A stretch of DNA of 64,000 nucleotides from an uncultured archaeon. GTDB lineage: Archaea > Thermoplasmatota > Penumbrarchaeia > JASLWR01. Positions 1 through 8,500 of this stretch are shown here, one piece after another. The stretch is taken from NCBI GenBank assembly GCA_964430885.1, contig CAYSHM010000003.1, forward strand, positions 182,361 through 246,360, written 5' to 3'. Every line of letters starts with the position of its first letter. Within the stretch, counting starts at the first letter, position 1. Both the position numbers and the translations under genes were made by a program. Below the pieces are notes generated by a model that did not search any database, was not told the DNA's origin, and saw only the letters and a program-made list of their open reading frames with translations.

Positions 1-151
1 TGTTAAAGGCTTAAACACACCAAAAAATAATGAAAAAACATCTAATTTCTTCTGGTATTTACGTAAAAAGCCTATTATAAAGTAACAATCATGACTTTAG
101 ACCATCTTCGGCATCTGTATATAGATGCAATAAATAAAAAGAGAGATCGGA

Positions 152-988
152 ATGGCTAAGGGCTCAAGACGCAGAAAGAACCTTTTCACCAAGATAAAGA
201 AACCTTCCACATTCCGCAAGATGGCTTGCGCCTGGTGGCAGGACCCTAAGAATCCCCAGATCTACGGCAGCATGGATGTCGAGGCATCAAAATTGACCGC
301 ATTTCTCAAGGAATATTCAAAGAAGAATAAAATAAACGTCACCTTCACCCATGCAGTTATCAAAGCATCGGCCCTTGCATACCGGAAATATCCCTATCTC
401 AATGTAAAGGTGGAAGGAAAAAAGATGTACCAGCGGAACAGTATTGATATAATGGTCCTTGTATCCCTGGGGTCAGGAAAAGACCTCTCCGCACTAAAGA
501 TAAATTCCGTGGATGAAATGTCCCTGGCGGATATCGCCAAGAGGATCAGAAAGGATGCGGACAAGGCGAGAAAGGGAAACGTTCCCAAATTCCAGGCGTC
601 GCGGAATATCATGTCTAGGCTGTCTGCCAGAATGGCAACTCCGGTGATAAGGATCGCAGGTTGGCTGGTTAACAAGATGGGGAGAGATCTCACAAGGTTC
701 GGATTCCCTCAGGATCCCTTCGGTACAGCTATAATATCATCTGTGGGAATGTTCGGCGTGGATACCGCCTACGCACCCCTGCTTCCCCTTGCCAAGAGCG
801 GGCTTCTTTTGGTTGTGAACGAAGTCAGGAAAAGACCCTGGGTTGTGGATGATGAAGTAGTAGTAAGACCGGTCATGAGACTCTGCGGCACCTTTGACCA
901 CCGTATATTCAACGGACATCAAGCCAGCAAGATCGCAAACGAGTTCAAAAGACTTCTGGGAAAACCGGAACTGCTTCTAGAGCAGTAG
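152..988 (+). CDS. Stand-alone 2-oxo-acid dehydrogenase E2 (acyltransferase) catalytic-domain protein
   Basis: C-terminal TFDHRIFNG (DHRxx[DN]G motif), GTAIISSVGMFG, RPWVVDDEVVVRPVM; no lipoyl domain. Confidence 0.8.
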   Translation: MAKGSRRRKNLFTKIKKPSTFRKMACAWWQDPKNPQIYGSMDVEASKLTAFLKEYSKKNKINVTFTHAVIKASALAYRKYPYLNVKVEGKKMYQRNSIDIMVLVSLGSGKDLSALKINSVDEMSLADIAKRIRKDADKARKGNVPKFQASRNIMSRLSARMATPVIRIAGWLVNKMGRDLTRFGFPQDPFGTAIISSVGMFGVDTAYAPLLPLAKSGLLLVVNEVRKRPWVVDDEVVVRPVMRLCGTFDHRIFNGHQASKIANEFKRLLGKPELLLEQ

Positions 989-1033
989 AAAAACGGCCTT
1001 GAAAGGGCGTGTCAAATAACAATTTTTTCGTTC

Positions 1034-1570
1034 CTATGTGGGACAAACTTCATCTTCGCATTCCAATTCCCCGTAGGAGAACAAAGTGACGGTGAAAACG
1101 TAATTGATGGTATCCCCCCTGTGAGAACCCTGATTGGATAGGGCCAAGTGACAGAACCACATGGTTTCTTGAAGAGTAGAATTGGCCTCAGCCTCAAATG
1201 TAACTGAAAGCATGTCCTCCGACCCAGTAGTTGAAGCCAGCATTTCCCCGCTGTGGGGGCAGTCTCCCGTACCGGTGGAAAGTTCGATAGTCCTTGAGGG
1301 ACCGCTGAGGGTTACATTTACCATGACCTTGGTTACATTATTGGACATATCCCAATGATGCTTCACATCCGTATCAACAAAATTCGCTCCTATCAAAGGT
1401 ATCTCAATGCTGCCTGAAGCGCCTTCATTGAGGGATACTGGAGTTGATTGAAGTGTAAGAGGCAGTTCGGCATTATTATCAATACTGCCTGAGGGCTCCT
1501 TGTCACCGATACATCCCATGGAAATGATCCCAATAACGACCAATATCGAGATATAGAATGTGGATTTCAT
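1034..1570 (-). CDS. Hypothetical lipoprotein
   Basis: N-terminal hydrophobic stretch ending in lipobox-like SMGC; beta-rich body; no family recognised. Confidence 0.6.
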   Translation of the reverse strand: MKSTFYISILVVIGIISMGCIGDKEPSGSIDNNAELPLTLQSTPVSLNEGASGSIEIPLIGANFVDTDVKHHWDMSNNVTKVMVNVTLSGPSRTIELSTGTGDCPHSGEMLASTTGSEDMLSVTFEAEANSTLQETMWFCHLALSNQGSHRGDTINYVFTVTLFSYGELECEDEVCPT

Positions 1571-1774
1571 AACTGTGTAATACTTTTCATCAAATAAAGC
1601 CTTTTTCGGAATAATTACCCTTGCATCTTCATTTATTGAATTAAATCCATCTCTTCATATCATAGGATTCCCTAATAAAAAATGATTTAAGGGAAAAGAT
1701 TATTTCAACCTATCGCTATCCAGAATTAAATATACTACATCCAATTGAATTATTAATTTCGAAGTTGTGATAAA

Positions 1775-3292
1775 TTGTGGTTCTATCTTAAAGGAAGATT
1801 GGTACTGAGCAAGAACGCTGATGAGGCCATACCCGGGCTGGAGGAGATGTTCTCGGAAGTGAACGACGGTCTTTTGGCCAAGGGTGCCTCTGAAGGTGAA
1901 GGCGCCAAACTGCTCTCATGGTTGGTTTTGGAAGATACTATTGAATTAGAGATTGAAAGTCCCGGAATTGTAAGGCCTCATGATGCCCTCTTGAGGCTGA
2001 AGAACCAGATCGGCAAACAGCTCGGCAGGAAATACCGTTTAGGAGTAAGACAAAGCTTTATAGACGAGTACACCATAGAATTCTCCGTCCCTCACACACC
2101 TGAAGAGACCATAGAGATCCCCTTTGCCGAATCTGCGGAGATCAAGGACGGAAGGTGCAGACTTATCATCCACAATGTGACCGAGGAGATGATAAAAACC
2201 AATTATATAGACCGTATGATCAACCTTACAAAAGAGAAGATCGATGCTCAGGATTACCAGGGTAAAGGTGAACACTGGGAGCAGATATGGAGATCCCCGG
2301 AAAGGGAATTGGTCTATTCAGCAGATCCCACCGAGGAAATGGTGAAAAAAGGATGGATCAAGCAGGGACCTACAAAAGGAAAATGGTTCTTCAGATCAGA
2401 GATCACCAAGATAATGAGGACCATGGAAAGGATCGCGATCGAGGAAGTTCTAGAACCCATGGGTTTTCAGGAGATCGTTGCATCTCACATGGTTCCCTTC
2501 GACATCTGGATAAGGACCGGACACATGCAGGGTTCACCCAATGAGTTTTACTATGTTTCTGAACCCAAGACCAGGGACGCGGACATTTGGGAAAGATTCA
2601 TGGACAGGGTCAAGATAACACGGGAAGTGGACCGAGATTCTTTGGCTGAACTAGTCACAACACCCAAGGCAGGTCTTTGCTATGCCCAATGCCCGGTAAT
2701 ATACTGGTCCCTTCGGGGAGAAACTGTGTCGGAGGAATCACTGCCCATTAAGATATACGACAGAACTGCAAACTCATGCAGATACGAATCAGGCGGCAGG
2801 CACGGCATGGAAAGGGTGGACGAATTTCATCGTCTGGAACCAGTTTACATTGGAACTGAAGAACAGCTAATAGAGATCAAGAATTTGATGATGGAACGCT
2901 ACAAGCACGTGTTCAACAACATTCTGGAGCTGGAATGGAGAATGGCCTGGGTCACCCCCTTCTATATGCAGCAGAGTGGTGCCTTCGGAGTTGAGGATGA
3001 CGAGGAGAAAGTAAAGGGAACAGTGGATTTTGAGAGCTACATGCCCTACAGAGGGAACAGGGAAGAGAGCGAGTGGTTGGAGTTCCAGAATTTTTCCATA
3101 GTTGGTGATAAATACACTTCTGCTTTCAATATCAAGGCTCAGAAGAGCAAGCTATGGTCAGGTTGCTCGGGTATCGGACTGGAGAGGTGGACCGCTGCCT
3201 TTTTGGCCCAGTGGGGATTGGATCCTGAGAAATGGCCGGAAGGTTTCAGAAAGAGATTCGGCGAGATGCCCAAGGGTATCGAGATCCTATAA
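1775..3292 (+). CDS. serS: Serine--tRNA ligase, methanogen type (type 2)
   Basis: RPHDALLR N-terminal motif, GLCYAQCP, RYESGGRHGMERVDEFHRLE (motif 2), SGCSGIGLERW (motif 3). Confidence 0.93.
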   Translation: MWFYLKGRLVLSKNADEAIPGLEEMFSEVNDGLLAKGASEGEGAKLLSWLVLEDTIELEIESPGIVRPHDALLRLKNQIGKQLGRKYRLGVRQSFIDEYTIEFSVPHTPEETIEIPFAESAEIKDGRCRLIIHNVTEEMIKTNYIDRMINLTKEKIDAQDYQGKGEHWEQIWRSPERELVYSADPTEEMVKKGWIKQGPTKGKWFFRSEITKIMRTMERIAIEEVLEPMGFQEIVASHMVPFDIWIRTGHMQGSPNEFYYVSEPKTRDADIWERFMDRVKITREVDRDSLAELVTTPKAGLCYAQCPVIYWSLRGETVSEESLPIKIYDRTANSCRYESGGRHGMERVDEFHRLEPVYIGTEEQLIEIKNLMMERYKHVFNNILELEWRMAWVTPFYMQQSGAFGVEDDEEKVKGTVDFESYMPYRGNREESEWLEFQNFSIVGDKYTSAFNIKAQKSKLWSGCSGIGLERWTAAFLAQWGLDPEKWPEGFRKRFGEMPKGIEIL

Positions 3293-3310
3293 CAGTGATA
3301 ACAGGAAAAA

Positions 3311-4462
3311 TTACCTGGGGCGGCGGCCATAATTCTCAATGAAGTCAACCAGCTGTTTTGATATGCTGTCTCCAATATTATCGAGGGATTTCAATCCTTC
3401 AATACCCTTTTCACTGTAGATAACATCAATACCTTCATCCAATTCATCAAGTGACCATGCTGCCTTCCGATATGCCCACTCCCTGAAACCGGGAACTCCC
3501 ATCTGAACCTGCTCCCGGGCCTTAACATGGAACATCTCCGAGGCGAACTTGTTGATCCGTAGATACCTGGGATAATGGACTACCGGCCGGAGGATGTGGT
3601 TTTCAAGGCCATATTCCCGACAGTATTTTTTAACCAGTAAGTGAAGATCCCTTATACGGTGGTGGTATAAACTTCGATCGTTGAAAAGCTCGTCGTATTT
3701 TCTGATCAGGGCAGGATCGAAATCCCTCAGAGCGCGGTAGAAATGCTGGCGGGTATATTCATCCAAGGTCAGACCAGCTTCAAGCACATATTTACCGCCG
3801 CTCTCCGCAGTCTTCTTCACTACCTCACGAACATTCTCCTCTGTGTCATAGATATAGGGTAAGACCGGCATGAAAGCGATTCCCGTCATTAAGCCGTTGT
3901 CCGAAAGCTCCTTCATGGCCTTGAACCTGGCTGACACGGGAGGAGCGCGGTTTTCCAGAATTGTGCGCTTATCATCATCCCTCGCGGTAATGATTGACCA
4001 GCAGACGTTGATATAGGAGGATTCGTTGATCTGCTTCATTATGTCAAGATCCCGGATCAACAAAGGTGATTTCTCGTTTATCAGAACAGGAAAGTTCAAA
4101 TTCCGGCATACCTTCAGCATCTTTCTGGCAAGACCGTATCGAGAATCGATTGCCTGGTGATTGCCCAGATATACAATATCCCTTTCTTTGCCCTGAAGTT
4201 CATCCCTCAATAGTTCGACAGCATTTGTCTTCACCTTGATCAGTTGGCAAAAGGGATCGTCCAATTCTTCTATGGCATCATCATTCACATATTTATGAGG
4301 ATGATATTTCTCATCCCGGCAATAGCAGTAATGGCACCCCCACTGACATCCCATATATGCATGTGCGGAATACTTGTTCCAGAACCAGCCGCCGTCTGTC
4401 CTCTTCTGGATATTAAGTATTCGTTTAGCCTCGTACTCGATTACCCACGGTCGATCATTCAT
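3311..4462 (-). CDS. Radical SAM protein (SplB/Rv2578c-like) with C-terminal PolX-type helix-hairpin-helix domain
   Basis: CQWGCHYC cluster motif; AYRKAAWSL...LDNIGDSIS tail; ATG at 4462 has an AGGTG SD (ORF track starts at 4519). Confidence 0.8.
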   Translation of the reverse strand: MNDRPWVIEYEAKRILNIQKRTDGGWFWNKYSAHAYMGCQWGCHYCYCRDEKYHPHKYVNDDAIEELDDPFCQLIKVKTNAVELLRDELQGKERDIVYLGNHQAIDSRYGLARKMLKVCRNLNFPVLINEKSPLLIRDLDIMKQINESSYINVCWSIITARDDDKRTILENRAPPVSARFKAMKELSDNGLMTGIAFMPVLPYIYDTEENVREVVKKTAESGGKYVLEAGLTLDEYTRQHFYRALRDFDPALIRKYDELFNDRSLYHHRIRDLHLLVKKYCREYGLENHILRPVVHYPRYLRINKFASEMFHVKAREQVQMGVPGFREWAYRKAAWSLDELDEGIDVIYSEKGIEGLKSLDNIGDSISKQLVDFIENYGRRPR

Positions 4463-4561
4463 AGCTCTGCCACCTTTTAGGAATTCTTTTAGGCTTTGTG
4501 AATACGGCAATACTATCAATGGAATTATAAAAATATATAGGAAGCTAGAGTGGAAGTAAAA

Positions 4562-5188
4562 TCACTTCATCTTAGAACTCACAAAGGAATAATAACCCCA
4601 TCTCTTTCTATTCCGGAGATAACCAACATCGCCGCTTACGGATTGGAGGCTTTCAAGGGTATAGAACGCCTTGGGATTGTGTTTCTTGATATTGTGTATT
4701 ACATTTCTGACATCCCTTCTCTTCAAGGGCATGTAGATGACATTCACTGCTCCCTCGTCGCTCTGGGCATCCACCATTGTAAAGCGGTAGCCGGAGGAAG
4801 CAAGATATTTCAGAAGTTTTGTGGCAGACCTTCTTGTGATGATACGAATAACCTCAAAACCAATGGACAGCTTTCGTTCGATATATATGCCCAGATAATT
4901 ACCTAAAGCAAATCCAAATCCATAGGCGATGTAATTGACCACATTTGTAAGGTTCTGCATTATCTGACCTATTGCAAGAAGCCAGATTATCACCTCGAAG
5001 AAACCCAGGATAGGGGCCACTATCTTCATTCCCTTCGATACAAAAATTATCCTTAATGTGCCGATGGACACATCAACGATCCTCGCTAGTATAATAAAAA
5101 CCGGTATTACAATATAACCGAATACCCAAGTGTCTGAAAAGACATCGTTGAACATACGCATACCTCCGGGAGGCGCGGAAATGACCAT
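4562..5188 (-). CDS. DUF2179/UPF0316 family membrane protein
   Basis: ARIVDVSIGTLR, GFFEVIIW, GFGFALGNYLG, PKAFY motifs; real start probably 5155 or 5161. Confidence 0.85.
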   Translation of the reverse strand: MVISAPPGGMRMFNDVFSDTWVFGYIVIPVFIILARIVDVSIGTLRIIFVSKGMKIVAPILGFFEVIIWLLAIGQIMQNLTNVVNYIAYGFGFALGNYLGIYIERKLSIGFEVIRIITRRSATKLLKYLASSGYRFTMVDAQSDEGAVNVIYMPLKRRDVRNVIHNIKKHNPKAFYTLESLQSVSGDVGYLRNRKRWGYYSFVSSKMK

Positions 5189-5255
5189 TCTGTATTTAAG
5201 GCTTGCTAGACACTTGTAATCGGGTCAACAATATCTGAAAATATTTGATTGCCAG

Positions 5256-5317
5256 TTTATAAAAAATTAATAATGTTGGCCTCCATATATATTTTAAAAA
5301 AATTTATAAAAAATTAA
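5256..5317. repeat. 15-bp direct repeat in divergent intergenic region
   Basis: TTTATAAAAAATTAA at 5256-5270 and 5303-5317. Confidence 0.6.
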
Positions 5318-5522
5318 CATTTCTTTACACACCCCGGGGAAGTGTGGGAAAATTGGCTCAATAATTCAATCAATGGAATCATTTCCTGGAAAAGGTACAT
5401 CGTGAAAGGCATGAATAAAAGTATCAAAAAACCAGTAATAAATAAATGCAAGTACTATGGTAGGTACGATTCAAATCTGAATTCTCGATGGATTCATCTG
5501 AGATAATTGAGGTGTTCTGAAA

Positions 5523-8500
5523 ATGAAGAATAACATTGTTACAATATTAGTTTGTACACTATTAATGGGCAGCCTTCTCACTGTCGTGGACATACCATAT
5601 TTCGGACCTATTTCTCCATTCGTAAAAGCCGAAACGACCCATTGGTATGTGAACAGCTCATTTCAAGGGACTTCCCATGGGAATGAGACAAATCCATTCA
5701 AGACCATCAATGAGGCAGTATCCAATGAACAATTAGAGGGCGGAGATGTTATTCACGTTCTGCCTGGAACCTATACGGATACAGATATGCAGATAGATGA
5801 GGAAATTCGGATAATCGGAGCGGGGGGAGAAATAACTTTGCTCCAACCGCCCAACAGCGGATTCTACATCATAAGCGACAATGTCTCGATAAGCCATATG
5901 AGCATTGGCAATGCAGGCGGTGGTCAAGAGAAAGCAATAACTATCCAAGGGGCCTATAATGTTACTTTAGATAACATCACTATTGACCTGTGTGACATAG
6001 GAATTGATGTATACGGATCAAGCAAAATTACAATTGATAACTGCTCATTCTCCCCAAATATTCAGGCAGGAATTATGTTCAGTGATCAATCGGATGATGT
6101 CTTAATTAAAAATAATATTTTTCAAGGGGCCCAGTACGGTATAAGATTATTCAATCAGACCGAGGATGTTAGAATTATTAATAATTCAGTACCCAATGCC
6201 GTTGAAGGCATATCCGTCCAGAATAACTGCTCAAATATATTTCTTCAGGATAACAACTGTTCCAATAATAGCTACGGATTAAAAGTGAGCGGATGCGATT
6301 TGATGGAGTTGTGGGACAATATGTTCAATGACAACACAAATGCAGGTATATATATCCAAGATACCGATGATATTCAAATATACGGCAATCAAATGATGAG
6401 ATGCAATGACGGTATCAGGGCTGAGAATTCCTACGGTATGGCCTTTGTCGATAACAGAATGAACGACTGCACAAACCGCGCTCTTCAGATCATTGGCTCA
6501 GAGGGAAATTATTCTGATAATACTTGTGAATCCAACAATTACGGCATGTTCTTAGAACATGTGAATACAAGTATTTTTTTGAACAACAAATGCCTATATA
6601 ACAGCGATTACGGAATGGAACTGAAGGATTCCAGCGATAACTATATTGAAAAATTAAATTGCTCTTATTCAAATGCGAGCCACGGAATACTCTTCACCGA
6701 CGGGGCTGACCATAATGAGATATATGATTCCCAATTTCTAACCAATGTCGGGTGGGGAATCCAAATACTGGATTCCAACCATAATACATTTGAAAACATA
6801 TTGGTGATGGATTGCAATGCTGGAGGAGTAATGGTTTCCGGAAATGATGAAGGAAATAGATGCATCGGAAATGTAATCGGAAGCAGTGTCATAGATGATA
6901 ACTACGGGAACAATATAATTTTACAAAATACCCAATACTGCAACATTACGGATTGTCAAATCATAGATTCGGATAACACAGGTATATATCTCCAAAATGC
7001 CAGCGGTTCCGTCATCTACGACAATATTGTCAACAGCTCTAGATATGCAGGAATAAGACTTGAAGGAACCGAATCCCAAAATAATGTGATATATGAGAAC
7101 TATTTCAACAATAACAGTTGGTTTAACGATGAACGACAGGCAGGTGATTTTTCCGATGACTACACAAATTTGTGGTATGATGCAAACCTCCAAACTGGCA
7201 ACTATTGGTCGGATTACTTAAATTACAATCCGAATGCAATTTCCGAAAACGGTCTCATTTGGTCCGTGCCTTACCAACTGGCCGAGGACGGAGCTGTTCT
7301 TTCGCATTTCGACATTTACCCTTTGGTCAACCCAAAGAATGAAGGACCCATCTCAAACGAGATCACAGGAGAGACCTACAACACTATTGAGAGTGCCTTG
7401 GAAAATGCCAGCGCGAACGATATTATATCCATAAATATTCCAGGGGAATATCGGGGTACCGACGGTCTGTACTTGACAGAAAACGGAATAAAGCTTACCG
7501 GATTGGGAGCTGATAATGTGACCCTCATTCCCAGAAAAGGAGTGGACTGCATCATAGTGGAGGCTTTCAACTGTACAGTTGAGGACCTTAGCATATTCGG
7601 CGGAAGAATGGGTATACTAGGGGACGGAGCTGATGGAATAAATGTACATGACATCAATTTTGTGAATCAGAGTCTAGCATCCATAAGATACCAGGATGTA
7701 GTGGAGGGAAATGTGGACAACTGCAGATTCGATAATTCCAATGTTGCCATATCTGCAGAGGATTCCAGTGAGGTTTCATTTGAGGATTGTCTCATGTTAG
7801 ATTGCAACAGCGCTTTCTCCATCGATACCTCCCACAATATCGATATATTGGATAACCATATGGTAGACTGTGTGAATGGTTCACATCTAATGGACGAATG
7901 TTATAACTTCAGCATCACGGGGAATCGTTTTGACAACATGAACCTAACTCCAAACAGAGGATTGGAAGAACTCAGGGACCTGGGATTGTTGTTATACGGG
8001 AGCATCTCTGACATATCCATATCCAATAATGAATTCTTCGGCGTAGGAACGAGCATAATAACATTGGCTGGAGGAGATAATGTCAGGATATCTGAGAACA
8101 GTATTCTCCAATCAGATTACAGAGGTATAGTTGACCTCGGGAACGACGATCCCATATACATATTCAACAACACATTGGATATGAACCCAATAGGAATAAT
8201 GATCAACTGCAGCAGCAGCGATATCCTTTTCAACAACAATATCACACACGGAAAGATAGGCATTTCAATAATAAACAACACTGAACCGCTTGTTATGCCT
8301 GGTGGAAAAACATTAACATTCCCCAACGGATCACACGACAATATCATCAAATACAATGAATTCAGGGATAACGAGAAAGCGTTGTACATTTCCGGAGGAT
8401 ATGATAACCAGATCTACCACAATAACTTCTTCGGAGGCGACCAGCAGATATCCATCCCCTCAGGATTAGTTACAAAGGTCACATGGGACCATGAAGGAAT

